From Bacteroidetes bacterium ADurb.Bin174 (GTDB lineage Bacteria; Bacteroidota; Bacteroidia; Bacteroidales; Paludibacteraceae), in assembly GCA_002070265.1 (NCBI GenBank), contig MWCX01000088.1, positions 34,389-98,388 on the forward strand: DNA of 64,000 nucleotides. The letters run 5' to 3'. A program made the translations under genes and the position numbers. Shown piece by piece: positions 1-12,199 of the stretch. Position 1 is the first letter of the stretch. Each line of letters begins with the position of its first letter. The notes beneath the pieces are model-generated. The model made no database searches. It was not told the DNA's origin and worked only from the letters and a program-made list of their open reading frames with translations.

Positions 1-40
1 TGTCTCATAAAAGTGCCAATTGCTGCGTTACTTTCTATTC
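1..40. repeat. Partial end of the GTCTCATAA MITE-like repeat family
   Basis: tgtctcataaaagtgccaattgctgcgttactttc resembles the reverse complement of the element end at about 18525-18563 and the copy at 42902. Confidence 0.7.
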
Positions 41-126
41 AAAACACTCTAAACGATCCAAAACGCAGGTGCGCCTTATGGTTGGAAGATTAGAAGAGTT
101 TATATGACTCATTTGGAGTGAAAAAA

Positions 127-154
127 GGGACTCGAACCCGCGAACCCGTACCCA
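127..154. repeat. Degenerate heptamer array (CGAACCC-type) abutting the cdaA stop
   Basis: gggactcgaacccgcgaacccgtaccca lies directly next to the cdaA stop codon at 155-157. Confidence 0.6.
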
Positions 155-934
155 CTACATCATCGCACTTGACAAAAACATTTCCAGCTCTTCCGGCTTC
201 ACATTGAGTGTTAATTCGCCATTGATTGCGTAAGATATTTTGCCGGACTCTTCGGAAACAATAATCGCAATGGCATCTGTTTGTTCGGTAATCCCTAAGG
301 CTGAACGATGCCTCAAGCCAAGTCGTTTGGGTATATTTTGATTTTTGGAGACAGGAATGATGCAAGAAACAGCACGTATCCTGTTGTCACGAATAATCAT
401 TGCGCCATCATGAAGCGGACTGTTCTTAAAGAATATGCTTTCTATCAAACGTGAGTTGATGGTTGCATCAATAAGTTCACCGGACTGTATTTGCGTATCC
501 AAACTGTTTTTACGGGCAAGGATGATGAGTGCACCGGTGGACATTTTTGCCATATTGCGACAAGCCAATACAATTTGCACGGTATTATAATCTGTCTTTT
601 CCTCATCACTCCTTCCATTTCCAAAAACTTTCTTCAAAAATTTATGAAATGCCAATTGTCTTCTGGACCCCAAACGCGCAAAAAACCTGCGTATTTCTTC
701 CTGAAAGAGCACAATCAAAGCAAAAGTACCCACACTGACCACCCTGTCAAAAATTCCGCCCATCAATTCCATCTTGAATACTTTAGATACAAGATACCAG
801 ATGATCAAGAAACTGATGATACCCAGAAAAACACTCAGTGCACCGGATTTTTTCAGCAATATAAAAAGTTGATATAGCAGAATCGCTACAAGAACTATAT
901 CAACTATGTCTTTGATTCCCATTTGAAAGTCCAT
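155..934 (-). CDS. cdaA: Diadenylate cyclase CdaA/DacA
   Basis: N-terminal TM helices followed by a DisA_N domain with the DGA (PLHDGAMII) and RHR (GLRHRSALG) motifs. Confidence 0.93.
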   Translation of the reverse strand: MDFQMGIKDIVDIVLVAILLYQLFILLKKSGALSVFLGIISFLIIWYLVSKVFKMELMGGIFDRVVSVGTFALIVLFQEEIRRFFARLGSRRQLAFHKFLKKVFGNGRSDEEKTDYNTVQIVLACRNMAKMSTGALIILARKNSLDTQIQSGELIDATINSRLIESIFFKNSPLHDGAMIIRDNRIRAVSCIIPVSKNQNIPKRLGLRHRSALGITEQTDAIAIIVSEESGKISYAINGELTLNVKPEELEMFLSSAMM

Positions 935-945
935 GGCGTTATATT

Positions 946-1809
946 TTATTTGTAGTTTACGGTTCCCGCTGTTTTGTAAGCCTGGAATATCTTGATTGCC
1001 TCCATAGCTTCTTTCACATCATGTACGCGCAGAATGGAAGCCCCTCCCATCAATGCCAGTACATTCAGAGCCGTTGTACCGTTTAATGCCTGTTCCGGAA
1101 CAATCTCCAACAGCTTATAAATCATTGACTTTCTGGATATGCCCACCAACATAGGCGCATCAATCATCTTGAAATAATTGAGTTTTCTCATCAATTCGTA
1201 GTTTTGTTCCAAAGTTTTAGAAAACCCAAATCCCGGATCAATCACTACATCATGTACACCAAGCAAACGCAGTTGTGCCAGTTTTTTAGACAGGTATTGT
1301 ACAATTTCCGCAACCATATCCTGATAATCGGTATATTCCTGCATATCCTTAGGCGTTCCCCTCATGTGCATCAACACATAAGCTACCTTCAAGGATGCAA
1401 TGGTCTCAAACATTTGCAGGTCAATATTTCCTCCGCTGATGTCATTAATCATCGCTACTCCATACTGCTGAACCGCCATCCTGGCTACCGGAGAACGATA
1501 GGTATCTATAGAAATTACGGCTTCGGGGAATTTTTTACAAACAACTTCCAAGGTTTCAGCTATAAGCCTCATTTCTTCTTCCATCGACACCTGGTCGGAT
1601 CCCGGGCGAGTCGAGCAGCCTCCTATATCGATGATGGTTGCTCCTTCCGATAAAAAATTTTCTACTCTTTGCAATAAAGCCAGATCCGACTTAAACCTGC
1701 TGAGCGAAAAAAAAGAATCTGGCGTTACATTGACGATCCCCATCACGATGGGGGTACGCAAATCGTACAATTTACCTTTTAAGTTTAAAAAGAAGTTTGA
1801 ATCTTCCAT
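946..1809 (-). CDS. folP: Dihydropteroate synthase
   Basis: MGIVNVTPDSF, IIDIGGCSTRPG, DPGFGF, GISRKS and ILRVHDV motifs. Confidence 0.97.
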   Translation of the reverse strand: MEDSNFFLNLKGKLYDLRTPIVMGIVNVTPDSFFSLSRFKSDLALLQRVENFLSEGATIIDIGGCSTRPGSDQVSMEEEMRLIAETLEVVCKKFPEAVISIDTYRSPVARMAVQQYGVAMINDISGGNIDLQMFETIASLKVAYVLMHMRGTPKDMQEYTDYQDMVAEIVQYLSKKLAQLRLLGVHDVVIDPGFGFSKTLEQNYELMRKLNYFKMIDAPMLVGISRKSMIYKLLEIVPEQALNGTTALNVLALMGGASILRVHDVKEAMEAIKIFQAYKTAGTVNYK

Positions 1810-2017
1810 AGAGAAACAATTAATTTAAAAATAACCGTTATATAGTTGTTGACAATTGAAATAGCTTCATCACCACGGTTCAAAATGATGATTTCAGCCG
1901 TATCAATTTCGTTACAAGCCGGATATTTTGAATAAATCTCTGCAAATTTAAGAAAATATTATACGAAATACGCTTTATAACCGTTTATTTAGGCATAAAT
2001 TTAAACACTTCGTCTCT

Positions 2018-3232
2018 ATGTTACGTAACTTATTCGGCATTTCCGTCTTATTTTTGGTAGTTACATTTTCTTCATGTAACAGCAGCAACATCACCAGCTC
2101 AACTACAGGATGGCCCTACGACTATAAAGAAAAAAATGCTTTCCGTTCTGCCGGAAGCTCTTCTTCCCAAACTCCTCCGGGAATGGTAGAAATTCCGGGG
2201 TGGAGTTTTACGGTAGATGATGCGGATGAATATGAAACCGTAAATCGCAGGATTCGTCCGAACGAACTCAATACACGCAGAACGCTCACTGTTAACAGCT
2301 TCTACATGGACCAGTTTGAAGTCAGAAACATCGACTGGCGTGAATATCAAAATTGGCTTACATCCGTGTATGCGCGGGTAGCTCCCGAAAAAATCGAAGC
2401 TGCCAAGCCGGATATCAATGCCTGGACAAAAGGATTGAGCGACAACGAGCCGTTTCTGATGAATTATTTTACCCATCCCTCATTCAATGAGTATCCCGTT
2501 GTTTGTGTCAGTTGGGAACAAGCAACTGCTTACTGTGCGTGGAGAAGCGACCGCGCCAACGAAATACGCCTGATACGGGCAGGTGCTATACAGGCACCCG
2601 ACTTTGATGCCATTGCCCGGATGACAAGCCTGGAAGCAGTAGAAGAAGCGATATTTACTTCTAAAAAGTTCTTTACCGGCCAACAAGACAATTTAGCCAA
2701 GACCTACGCCGGTATGTTTCCCGATTTTCGTTTACCCTCGGAAGATGAATGGGAATTTGCAGCCTATGCACGTAAAAGCAGCGATGCAGAAGGTAAAATC
2801 AGAGCCTACCCCTGGGCAGCTAAGTATCAGGGTAAACTCAATCAGCTTCAACAGCAGCAACAACAAGCCCATTACAACAAAACAGGCGCTGACATCCATT
2901 CGAATGTCTTTTCACGTACCGTTCCTGTCGGCTCTTTTGCTCCCAACGATTTCGGTTTGTACAATATGGCAGGAAACGTAAACGAGTGGGTTTTTGATCA
3001 ATACATAACCCGTGGCAATCTAAATAAAATTGACAGCGTAGATGTATTGGATACTTTTCTTCCGGAATATCATAAATCTGCCGACAGCCGTGTGTACAAG
3101 GGTGGCTCCTGGAAAGATCCGATTTATTGGTTACATCCTGCTTCCCGTAGGTATCTTGACAGACATCAATCAGCTAATGATGTGGGTTTCAGATGTGCCA
3201 TGAGCATGATTCCTACCGGAACCAAAAAATAA
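2018..3232 (+). CDS. SUMF1/FGE-sulfatase-fold lipoprotein, GldJ/GldK(PorK)-like
   Basis: Lipobox-like FSSC, TTGWPY, FYMDQFEV, YPVVCVSWEQA, RLPSEDEWEFAA, GLYNMAGNVNEW, KGGSWKD and VGFRCAM. Confidence 0.8.
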   Translation: MLRNLFGISVLFLVVTFSSCNSSNITSSTTGWPYDYKEKNAFRSAGSSSSQTPPGMVEIPGWSFTVDDADEYETVNRRIRPNELNTRRTLTVNSFYMDQFEVRNIDWREYQNWLTSVYARVAPEKIEAAKPDINAWTKGLSDNEPFLMNYFTHPSFNEYPVVCVSWEQATAYCAWRSDRANEIRLIRAGAIQAPDFDAIARMTSLEAVEEAIFTSKKFFTGQQDNLAKTYAGMFPDFRLPSEDEWEFAAYARKSSDAEGKIRAYPWAAKYQGKLNQLQQQQQQAHYNKTGADIHSNVFSRTVPVGSFAPNDFGLYNMAGNVNEWVFDQYITRGNLNKIDSVDVLDTFLPEYHKSADSRVYKGGSWKDPIYWLHPASRRYLDRHQSANDVGFRCAMSMIPTGTKK

Positions 3233-3355
3233 ACAAGATTAACACTCAACTAATTCACATCAATTATCAATATTATTTACCTTTTTGAGAGATTATTCAA
3301 TAAAATCGTGTAAATTTGTCACCGATTTTTAAACATTTATAATAATATTGATAAT

Positions 3356-4549
3356 ATGGACCTTGTATCTGCTCGTTTAGCCGCGCTTTCTCCATCGGAG
3401 ACACTTGCGATGTCTCAAAAAAGTAATGAATTAAAAGCCCAGGGAATTGACGTAATCAACCTCAGTGTGGGAGAAACCGACTTCAACACGCCCGACCACG
3501 TTAAAGATGCTGCAAAAAAAGCCATCGACGAAAACTATTCTTTTTATTCTCCCGTTCCGGGATATCTTTCCTTGCGGGAAGCCATTTGCAATAAACTGAA
3601 GAAGGAAAACAACCTGGAGTATAAACCCGATCAAATCGTCTGCTCCAACGGAGCCAAGCAGTCGGTTTGTAACGTATTGTTGGCTTTAGTCGGCAAGAGT
3701 GATGAAGTGATTATCCCCGCGCCCTATTGGGTGAGTTATCCTGAGATGGTAAAAATCTCTGATGGTAAGTCGGTGATTATTTCGGCAGGTATTGAGCAGG
3801 ATTTTAAAATAACACCGGCACAACTTGAAGCCGCCATCACTCCCCAAACAAAAGTCTTTATTTTATGCTCACCCTCCAACCCTACCGGCAGCGTATATTC
3901 CAGGGATGAACTCAAAGCATTGGCTGATGTGTTGGAAAAATATCCGAATGTTTATGTCTTATCGGATGAAATTTATGAGCATATCAACTATGTAGGCTCA
4001 CACGAAAGCATTGCTCAATTTGAAAATATCAGAGACAGGGTTATTGTTGTCAACGGTATATCAAAATGCTATGCCATGACCGGCTGGAGAATTGGTTGGA
4101 TAGCAGCACCGAAATGGATAGCGGCAGCCTGCAACAAGCTGCAAGGACAATACACCTCAGGTCCCTGCTCCGTAGCACAGAAAGCAGCCGAAGCAGCTTA
4201 TATTGACGATGCAGGTTTTGTGGTAAAAGTCCGCGAAGCCTTTACCCGCCGCAAAAAACTGGTTATGGAGTTAACAGCAGAAATTCCGGGGTTTAAAGTC
4301 AGTGAACCAAAAGGTGCATTCTATATCTTCCCCGATGCCGCAGCCTATATCGGTAAGTCTTACGGCGACAGGAAAATTGAAAATTCCGGTGATCTGGCTA
4401 TGTATTTACTGGAAGTTGGTCATGTTGCCTGTGTTGGTGGAGGAGCTTTCGGCGCTCCTACCTGTATCCGCATGTCGTACGCTACTTCTGAAGAAAACTT
4501 AAAGAAGGCATTTGCACGGATCAAGGATGCTCTGGGGAAATTGCAGTAG
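3356..4549 (+). CDS. aspC: Class I/II PLP-dependent aminotransferase (aspartate aminotransferase-like)
   Basis: SPSNPTG, SDEIYEH and SKCYAMTGWRIGW (PLP lysine). Confidence 0.88.
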   Translation: MDLVSARLAALSPSETLAMSQKSNELKAQGIDVINLSVGETDFNTPDHVKDAAKKAIDENYSFYSPVPGYLSLREAICNKLKKENNLEYKPDQIVCSNGAKQSVCNVLLALVGKSDEVIIPAPYWVSYPEMVKISDGKSVIISAGIEQDFKITPAQLEAAITPQTKVFILCSPSNPTGSVYSRDELKALADVLEKYPNVYVLSDEIYEHINYVGSHESIAQFENIRDRVIVVNGISKCYAMTGWRIGWIAAPKWIAAACNKLQGQYTSGPCSVAQKAAEAAYIDDAGFVVKVREAFTRRKKLVMELTAEIPGFKVSEPKGAFYIFPDAAAYIGKSYGDRKIENSGDLAMYLLEVGHVACVGGGAFGAPTCIRMSYATSEENLKKAFARIKDALGKLQ

Positions 4550-4566
4550 ATGTTAATACAGCTATA

Positions 4567-4608
4567 AAAAATCCCCGGCATAAAAACATATATGACCAGG
4601 GATTTTTA
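4567..4608. terminator. Bidirectional intrinsic terminator between convergent genes
   Basis: aaaaatcccc-gg...cc-agggattttt inverted repeat with A and T tails. Confidence 0.7.
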
Positions 4609-4636
4609 TTGAATATTATTTCAAGAAGACTTCATC

Positions 4637-6259
4637 TTAACAGCTCGCAATTTTTATCTGTTTGAAAAAATCATTTCCCTTATCATCAACCAAAATAAAG
4701 GCAGGGAAATTTTCTACTTCTATCTTCCAGATTGCCTCCATACCCAATTCAGGATAATCGAGACATTCCACTTTTTTGATATTTTGCTCGGCCAGAATAG
4801 CAGCCGGACCACCGATAGAACCTAAGTAGAAGCCACCATGTTTTTTACAGGATTCCGTTACCTGATCACTTCGGTTTCCTTTGGCAATCATGACCATGCT
4901 GCCACCATGTGATTGGAACAAGCCTACATAGGGATCCATTCGCCCTGCGGTAGTCGGACCAAAAGAACCGGACGGCAGACCTTTCGGAGTTTTAGCCGGA
5001 CCGGCATAATAAATCGGATGATCTTTGATGTATTGAGGTAGTTTTTTACCTGCATCCAACAATTCCTTCAGCTTGGCATGGGCAATATCGCGGCCCACGA
5101 CTATGGTGCCGTTGAGTGACAATCTTGTTGCTACCGGATATTTTGATAAGGTTGAGAGAATCTCCGACATCGGACGGTTCAAGTCAATTTGTACGGCATC
5201 ACCTTCTCCACTCCGACGGTACGCTTCAGGAATATATCTGCCGGGATTATCTTCTAACTTTTCTACCCAAATGCCTTCTTTGTTGATTTTAGCTTTGATA
5301 TTACGGTCGGCTGAACAGGAAACCGCCATCCCCACAAATACGGAAGCACCGTGCCGAGACAAACGTACCACACGCACATCATGGGCATAATACTTACCGC
5401 CAAACTGTGCACCCATCCCAAACTTCTGGGTGGCTTTCAATATCTTTTCTTCCATCTCTACATCACGAAAAGCACGCCCCAATTCATTGCCTGTGGTAGG
5501 CAAGTTATCATAATATTTGGTAGAAGCCAACTTGACAGTCTTCATACAAGCATCCGCAGAAGTGCCACCGATTACAAATGCCAAGTGATAAGGCGGACAA
5601 GCAGCCGTGCCCAAAGTCTGCATTTTTTCAGTCAGGAATTTCTCCAAAGATGCAGGATTCAAAATGGCTTTGGTCTCCTGGAAGAGATAAGATTTATTGG
5701 CAGAACCACCTCCTTTGGCGATGAATAAAAACTCATATTCATTACCCGTACTTGCCATCAAATCGATTTGAGCCGGCAAATTGGTTTTGGTATTCACCTC
5801 ATCATACATATTCAGGGCAGCATTCTGCGAATATCGCAAATTCTCCTGTGTATAAGTCTGATAAATCCCCTTGGACAAAGCTTTTTCGTCCGTTCCATCA
5901 GTACAAACCAAATGGCCTTTCTTGGCATAAACAGTAGCGGTTCCGGTGTCCTGGCAGAAAGGTAATACGCCTTTGGCGGCAATCTCCGCATTACGCAGCA
6001 TAGTGACGGCCACATATTTATCATTTTCACTGGCTTCCGGGTCATCTAAAATTTTCGCAACTTGCTGTTGATGTTCAGTGCGCAACAAGAAATTGCAGTC
6101 GCGCATAGCAGTTTTTGCTAATAAAGTCAAGCCCTCCGGTTCCACCTTCAACACTTCCTTGCCTTCAAACTCAGTCGTACTCACATAATCTTTGGTCAGC
6201 AAATAATACTTGGTTTTGTCTTTCCCCATTTCAAACGGATCTTGATACTTAAATTCCAT
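4637..6259 (-). CDS. Class I (Fe-S) fumarate hydratase
   Basis: [27 protein letters not shown] and GPTTAGRMD motifs; 540 aa. Confidence 0.96.
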   Translation of the reverse strand: MEFKYQDPFEMGKDKTKYYLLTKDYVSTTEFEGKEVLKVEPEGLTLLAKTAMRDCNFLLRTEHQQQVAKILDDPEASENDKYVAVTMLRNAEIAAKGVLPFCQDTGTATVYAKKGHLVCTDGTDEKALSKGIYQTYTQENLRYSQNAALNMYDEVNTKTNLPAQIDLMASTGNEYEFLFIAKGGGSANKSYLFQETKAILNPASLEKFLTEKMQTLGTAACPPYHLAFVIGGTSADACMKTVKLASTKYYDNLPTTGNELGRAFRDVEMEEKILKATQKFGMGAQFGGKYYAHDVRVVRLSRHGASVFVGMAVSCSADRNIKAKINKEGIWVEKLEDNPGRYIPEAYRRSGEGDAVQIDLNRPMSEILSTLSKYPVATRLSLNGTIVVGRDIAHAKLKELLDAGKKLPQYIKDHPIYYAGPAKTPKGLPSGSFGPTTAGRMDPYVGLFQSHGGSMVMIAKGNRSDQVTESCKKHGGFYLGSIGGPAAILAEQNIKKVECLDYPELGMEAIWKIEVENFPAFILVDDKGNDFFKQIKIASC

Positions 6260-6500
6260 GATAATATTTTTCTTTGTTTTTAATTCGGTGCGAATTTACG
6301 AAAATTTTTTATGAATGATTAAATTTGTTTGTCGGGAGCTCTACACGACAACTTAAAATAAACTATCACCATGTGTGAAATGAATGATAAATTTTGTGTT
6401 GGTTCCCTTTCATAATTGTTTTATCAATTATTTTTTATTTTCTTTGTGGACTGTTAGTGAAGAATTTAATATAAAACGAACATAAACAAATAATAATCAT

Positions 6501-7265
6501 ATGAAACGAATCTACTTAATAGGCTTAATTTTTCTCCTTGGTTTTTCCTGTACTTACGCCCAACAGTCGGACAGCACGCTTACTATCATGACCTACAACC
6601 TATACCGCGATTTGCCATCGAATACACAAAACAGTCGCATTCCCGAATTTGCCAAAGTTATCGTGTCTTGCGACCCGGACGTTGTTTCTTTGCAGGAAGT
6701 CAGGGGTATCAGCAATTTATTTCAACTGAGTTTAGCTACCGGTTTGAAAGGCAGAAGATACAATGTGTTACCGTTTTACGGCATAGGCATGTTGTGGCAT
6801 TCCCGTTTAGGAAAACCTGTCATTACATCTTATGAACTCAAGGCTTTGAGAAATTCAAACGATAAAGAAGCGAGGGCTTTTATGGTTGCGGAATTTGACA
6901 CATTTTATTTTATCGCCACCCATTTCAGTCTGGACCAGCAAGATAGAGACAGGATGGTAGAAGCCATTATTTCTTTTGCACAATCCGTATCCAAGCCCGT
7001 TTACTTAGCCGGTGATTTAAATATCACACCTGAAGATGCCGCCATTGCAAAGTTCAAAGCCAATCACTTTATTTTACTCAACGACCCTACCCATCATACT
7101 TTTAGAAGCAGCAATCCTGACAGACAACTTGATATGATTTTGGTTCATCCCAATCAATCAAAAGCACCCACCATCATTGACAGAAGCACTACTGAGTTTC
7201 CAAAAGATTACCTGGAAAAGCTGTCGGATCATTTACCGTATTGGGTGAAAGTGAGGGTAAAGTGA
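6501..7265 (+). CDS. Secreted endonuclease/exonuclease/phosphatase (EEP) family protein
   Basis: Signal peptide, then MTYNL, LQEV, THFSL, AGDLN, LDMI and SDHLP motifs. Confidence 0.85.
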   Translation: MKRIYLIGLIFLLGFSCTYAQQSDSTLTIMTYNLYRDLPSNTQNSRIPEFAKVIVSCDPDVVSLQEVRGISNLFQLSLATGLKGRRYNVLPFYGIGMLWHSRLGKPVITSYELKALRNSNDKEARAFMVAEFDTFYFIATHFSLDQQDRDRMVEAIISFAQSVSKPVYLAGDLNITPEDAAIAKFKANHFILLNDPTHHTFRSSNPDRQLDMILVHPNQSKAPTIIDRSTTEFPKDYLEKLSDHLPYWVKVRVK

Positions 7266-7619
7266 AAATCTCACCTCCTCTATAAATCAAACCTGTCTCT
7301 AATACCTCCTGCCCAAAATCCAATTTTTTCCATTAAATTTGCACCTCAATTCAATAGCAAGTTACTTTGCTAAGTACATGAAAAAATACTTCATAAAACG
7401 CAATTGATTAGCTTGCAGAGTTTTATATATATTGGATAGCGACCTAACTTCGTCCGGAGAGCCGAAAAACAAAGCGGGTACGGGATAACGTGTTCCGAAA
7501 TATGAGGTCTAGAGTGCAAGGGCTTGTGTACTTTTGGTAATGATCTTTGTCCAACGAGAATGCTTGACCTTGACTGATGAGCCGAAAAATAAGTGAAAAC
7601 AGCGTTAAAAATCGTCCTT

Positions 7620-7743
7620 GTTTGAGCGAGGGACGAGCGAGTTTGGACGATTTAGCTGTTTGAGCGTGAATTTTTCGAGCGAAGCAGGCACAGTCTTGAC
7701 TTTTTTTTGCTTCGTTTTTTTGTGTCAAGACAAAAAAATGAAG
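7620..7743. repeat. Intergenic repeat (GAGCGAAGC...AGTCTTGA...CTTCGTTTTTT...CAAGACAAAAAAATGAAG family)
   Basis: Reverse-complement copies occur at 22595-22672 and 55545-55597. Confidence 0.8.
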
Positions 7744-7802
7744 TGGGAAAGTTAATTTGACAAATTAATTTAATCGAAATAAATATTACAATTCAAAACA
7801 AT

Positions 7803-9329
7803 ATGAAGAAAAAAACTTTATTGATGATTCTCGATGGGTGGGGAATCGGCGATGGCTCAAAAGGTGATGTAATAGCCTCTACCCCAACGCCTAACTGGGA
7901 TAAATTACTTGCCGTTTATCCTAATTCTTTTCTACATGCCTCCGGCGAAAATGTGGGATTGCCTGATGGACAGATGGGTAATTCAGAGGTAGGACACCTG
8001 AACATAGGAGCAGGACGTGTAGTATATCAGGATTTGGTGAAAATCAATATTGCTTGCCGCGACAACAGCATCCTTAAAAATAAAGCCATCATCAATGCTT
8101 ATACATATGCCAAAAAGAACAATAAAAAAATGCATTTCCTGGGATTGGTTTCCGATGGCGGGGTACATTCTTCTATGGATCATCTCTTTAAGTTATTAGA
8201 TATAGCTAAGGTGTATGGTATAGATAAGGCTTATGTTCATTGTTTTATGGACGGCCGCGACACCGACCCCAGAAGCGGTGCAGGCTATCTGGAGCAGTTG
8301 GAAAAGCACATGCAAAACTCCAGCGGAAAAATTGCTTCGGTGATTGGTCGCTACTACGCCATGGACCGTGATAAAAGATGGGAAAGGGTGAAATTGGCAT
8401 ACGACTTATTGGTGAAGGGCAAAGGCACTCCTTATACTAATGCGGTTGAAGCCATGAAAGCTTCTTATGCAGACGGTGTTACCGATGAGTTTATCAAGCC
8501 TGTTGTCATTACGGATAGCAACAACAAGCCTTTGGCTACTATTGAAGAAGGTGATGTAGTCGTGTTCTTTAACTTTCGCAACGACCGCGCAAAGGAACTC
8601 ACCATCATGCTTACTCAGGAAGATATGCCGAATCATGGTACGAAAACCATCCCTTTGGAATACTACACCATGACACCTTACGATTCATCTTTTAAAGACT
8701 TGAATGTTCTGTTTGAAAAAAGTAATGTTGACAATACCTTGGGAGAATATCTTTCAGATTTGGGTATGAAGCAATTGCGCATTGCCGAGACTGAAAAATT
8801 CCCGCATGTAACCTTTTTCTTTTCCGGCGGCCGAGAAGCTGAATTTGAAGGTGAAGAGCGAATATTAATTCCTTCTCCGAAAGTACCTACTTACGACTTG
8901 CAGCCGGAAATGTCGGCTTACGGTGTCACTGAAGCTTTGGTGGCTGAACTCAATAAAAAGAAATTTGATTTTATTTGTCTGAACTACGCCAACGGCGATA
9001 TGGTGGGGCATACCGGCGTGTATGAAGCCATTGTAAAGGCTGTAAAAACTGTGGATGAATGTGTAGGAAAAGCAGTAGAGACAGCAATTGCCAATGATTA
9101 TGAGGTGATCATCATTGCCGACCATGGGAATGCCGATAACGCAATCAACCCCGATGGCTCACCCAACACAGCCCATTCGCTGAATCCCGTGCCCTTGATA
9201 TATGTTACCCAACGTCCGAATGCTTCCGTGAAAAGCGGTATTTTAGCTGACGTCGCACCTTCCATTTGTCAAATTTTAGATATACCCCAACCAAAAGAAA
9301 TGACGGGGAAAAAATTGCTGAAAATATAA
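7803..9329 (+). CDS. gpmI: 2,3-bisphosphoglycerate-independent phosphoglycerate mutase
   Basis: [25 protein letters not shown] and NGDMVGHTG motifs. Confidence 0.97.
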   Translation: MKKKTLLMILDGWGIGDGSKGDVIASTPTPNWDKLLAVYPNSFLHASGENVGLPDGQMGNSEVGHLNIGAGRVVYQDLVKINIACRDNSILKNKAIINAYTYAKKNNKKMHFLGLVSDGGVHSSMDHLFKLLDIAKVYGIDKAYVHCFMDGRDTDPRSGAGYLEQLEKHMQNSSGKIASVIGRYYAMDRDKRWERVKLAYDLLVKGKGTPYTNAVEAMKASYADGVTDEFIKPVVITDSNNKPLATIEEGDVVVFFNFRNDRAKELTIMLTQEDMPNHGTKTIPLEYYTMTPYDSSFKDLNVLFEKSNVDNTLGEYLSDLGMKQLRIAETEKFPHVTFFFSGGREAEFEGEERILIPSPKVPTYDLQPEMSAYGVTEALVAELNKKKFDFICLNYANGDMVGHTGVYEAIVKAVKTVDECVGKAVETAIANDYEVIIIADHGNADNAINPDGSPNTAHSLNPVPLIYVTQRPNASVKSGILADVAPSICQILDIPQPKEMTGKKLLKI

Positions 9330-9368
9330 TCTCGGGCTTACAACCTAATTCAATCTCCTGCTGAAAAA

Positions 9369-12110
9369 ATGATTCACCTACTACAACATCGCATATTAGT
9401 CCTGGATGGAGCCATGGGTACCATGATTCAGCAGCATAAGTTGAAGGAGGCTGATTATCGTGGGAGTCGATTTGCGGAAGCAGCCATTCCTCAAAAAGGA
9501 AATAATGATTTGTTGGTGCTGACACAGTCGGAGATTATCCACAATATTCATTGTCAGTATCTAGAAGCCGGTGCCGACATCATTGAAACCAACACCTTCA
9601 ATGCCCAGTCCGTCTCTATGGAAGATTACGGCATGCAAGAACATGTCAGGGAAATCAACCTGGAAGCGGCGCGTTTGGCAAGGAAGGCAGCAGATGCATA
9701 TACGGCAAAGACACCTGACAAACCAAGATTCGTGGCAGGATCTATCGGTCCGACCAACAAAACCACCTCGCTTTCTCCGGATGTAAACAATCCTGCTTAC
9801 AGGGCTATCACCTTTGATCAATTGGCGGTTGCCTACAAGGAACAAATGCTCGCTTTGATTGAGGGTGGTGTGGATGCACTTTTGATTGAAACTATTTTTG
9901 ACACTTTGAATGCCAAGGCTGCGATTTTTGCTGCCCATGAAGCCATGGCAGAAGCAGGTAAAAAAGTGGGGCTGATGATATCTGTAACCGTTACGGATAA
10001 AAGCGGCAGAACTTTATCAGGACAGACCATACGCGCCTTTCTCGCTTCCGTAGAGCATGCGGATATCCTGTCCATAGGATTAAACTGTTCTTTCGGAGCC
10101 AAGGACTTGAAACCCTATTTGCAGGAAATCGCCAAATACAGTCCGCACTACATCAGCGTATATCCCAATGCCGGCTTGCCCAATCAGTTTGGCGAATATG
10201 ATGAAAGTCCGGAAACCATGGCGGCACAAGTTCAAGAATTCATAGACGAAGGCTTGGTAAACATCATTGGCGGCTGCTGCGGAACTACCCCCGAACACAT
10301 TGCTGCCTTTGCGCAAATGGTAAAATTTGCTGATTTGCGCACCCCTAACGATGCCAAAGAAGATGAAGGAACATTATACCTTTCAGGTTTAGAACATCTG
10401 GCAATCAAGGAGGACTCGTTGTTTGTAAACATAGGTGAGAGATGCAATGTTGCCGGCTCCAAGAAGTTCTTGCGCTTGATCAATGAGAAAAAATACGAGG
10501 AAGCTTTATCCATTGCCCGCCAACAGGTATCGGACGGTGCCCAGATCTTAGACATCAATATGGATGATGCAATGTTGGATGCTGTGCAAGAAATGACTAC
10601 TTTCCTCAACTACGTCGTATCCGAACCGGAGATATCCAAGGTTCCGATCATGATTGATTCTTCCAAATGGGAAGTGATAGAAGCCGGATTGAAATGCGTA
10701 CAAGGCAAATGCGTAGTTAACTCCATCAGTTTGAAAGAAGGCGAAGCAAGTTTTATAGAGAAAGCAAAAAAAATTCGTGCCTATGGTGCAGCCATAATTG
10801 TAATGGCTTTTGATGAAGTCGGGCAGGCAGATACCTTGGCAAAGAGGATTGAAATTTGCGGGCGTTCTTACAAACTGTTAACCGAAAAAGCAGGTTTTCC
10901 TCCAAGCAATATTATCTTCGACCCGAATGTATTACCCATCGCCACCGGCATGGAAGAACATAATAACTATGCCGTTGATTTTATTGAAACCATTCGTTGG
11001 ATAAAGTCAAATTTACCTTTTGCACGGGTCAGTGGCGGCATCAGCAACCTGTCCTTTTCCTTTCGCGGCAACAATATTGTGCGCGAAGCCATACATTCGG
11101 CCTTCCTTTACCACGCCATTCGTGCAGGTCTTGATATGGGGATTGTAAATGCCGGCATGTTACAGATTTATGAGGAAATTCCTAAAGAGTTGTTGGAATA
11201 TGTTGAGGATATCGTATTGAACCGCCGACCGGATGCTACGGAACGCATGATAGCCTATGCGGAAAAGATAAAATCAGAAGCTTCAGGAGAAGGTGCAAAA
11301 GGTAAAAAAGAGGACGAATGGCGTACACGTGATTTGCAAGGTCGTTTGGAATACGCCCTTATCAAAGGCATTAGTGATTATATGGAAGAAGATTTAACGG
11401 AAGCTCTTCAGCAGTACGAAACAGCATTGGACATCATCGAGCAACCCCTGATGAACGGAATGAATACAGTGGGTGAATTGTTTGGCTCAGGAAAGATGTT
11501 TCTGCCGCAAGTGGTAAAAACCGCCCGCACCATGAAAAAAGCCGTAGCCTTTCTGCAACCCTATATAGAAGCGGAAAAAGCACCCGGAGAAAGCGCATAT
11601 GCAGGAAAATTCCTGATTGCTACCGTAAAAGGCGACGTGCATGACATAGGAAAAAGCATCGTAGCAGTAGTGTTAAGATGTAACAACTACGAAGTCATTG
11701 ATTTAGGGGTGATGGTTCCTGCCGAAACACTTATTGAAACAGCCATCAAAGAAGATGTGGACATTTTGGGCGTAAGTGGCTTGATCACACCTTCTTTGGA
11801 AGAAATGACAATAGTGGCTTCCGAAATGGAAAAAGCCGGATTGAAAATACCTTTGCTGATTGGTGGAGCGACCACCTCCAAAATACATACGGCAGTGAAA
11901 ATTGCACCCAACTACAGCGGACCGGTAATTTATTCGAAAGATGCATCAGTCAATACACAGATAGTTGCACAACTGACCAATCCCAATACCTATGCGTCAT
12001 TTACTGCTGAAATAGCTGATGAATACAAGCAATTGAGAGAAAAACAAATGACGAAAACAAATTTGCTCTCTTACGAAGAAGCGCAAAAACGCAAACCAAA
12101 TCTATTTTAG
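9369..12110 (+). CDS. metH: Cobalamin-dependent methionine synthase (Hcy-binding, pterin-binding, cap and B12 domains; no C-terminal AdoMet activation domain)
   Basis: [35 protein letters not shown] and DVHDIGK motifs; ends at 913 aa. Confidence 0.95.
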   Translation: MIHLLQHRILVLDGAMGTMIQQHKLKEADYRGSRFAEAAIPQKGNNDLLVLTQSEIIHNIHCQYLEAGADIIETNTFNAQSVSMEDYGMQEHVREINLEAARLARKAADAYTAKTPDKPRFVAGSIGPTNKTTSLSPDVNNPAYRAITFDQLAVAYKEQMLALIEGGVDALLIETIFDTLNAKAAIFAAHEAMAEAGKKVGLMISVTVTDKSGRTLSGQTIRAFLASVEHADILSIGLNCSFGAKDLKPYLQEIAKYSPHYISVYPNAGLPNQFGEYDESPETMAAQVQEFIDEGLVNIIGGCCGTTPEHIAAFAQMVKFADLRTPNDAKEDEGTLYLSGLEHLAIKEDSLFVNIGERCNVAGSKKFLRLINEKKYEEALSIARQQVSDGAQILDINMDDAMLDAVQEMTTFLNYVVSEPEISKVPIMIDSSKWEVIEAGLKCVQGKCVVNSISLKEGEASFIEKAKKIRAYGAAIIVMAFDEVGQADTLAKRIEICGRSYKLLTEKAGFPPSNIIFDPNVLPIATGMEEHNNYAVDFIETIRWIKSNLPFARVSGGISNLSFSFRGNNIVREAIHSAFLYHAIRAGLDMGIVNAGMLQIYEEIPKELLEYVEDIVLNRRPDATERMIAYAEKIKSEASGEGAKGKKEDEWRTRDLQGRLEYALIKGISDYMEEDLTEALQQYETALDIIEQPLMNGMNTVGELFGSGKMFLPQVVKTARTMKKAVAFLQPYIEAEKAPGESAYAGKFLIATVKGDVHDIGKSIVAVVLRCNNYEVIDLGVMVPAETLIETAIKEDVDILGVSGLITPSLEEMTIVASEMEKAGLKIPLLIGGATTSKIHTAVKIAPNYSGPVIYSKDASVNTQIVAQLTNPNTYASFTAEIADEYKQLREKQMTKTNLLSYEEAQKRKPNLF

Positions 12111-12160
12111 GATCTTCGTTAAATTCAAATTTAAAAAAATACGAGAGAATATCCAAAGAC

Positions 12161-12199
12161 AAAAAAGCCAACTATCTCACAATGATTTAGTTGGCTTAA
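12161..12199 (-). terminator. Intrinsic terminator of NHL gene copy 1 (may also serve convergent metH)
   Basis: aagccaacta...tagttggctt stem with an A6 run on the + strand (U-tail on the - strand). Confidence 0.75.

Noticed and set aside
7444-7728. 94-aa ORF in the EEP-gpmI intergenic region
   Set aside because: It is a translation of repeat-family DNA that also occurs at 22595 and 55545; the same applies to ORF 22526-22774.
9369-12110. metH as a truncated pseudogene
   Set aside because: The frame is intact and ends cleanly. MetH lacking the activation domain, with that domain encoded separately, is a known arrangement in Bacteroidales.
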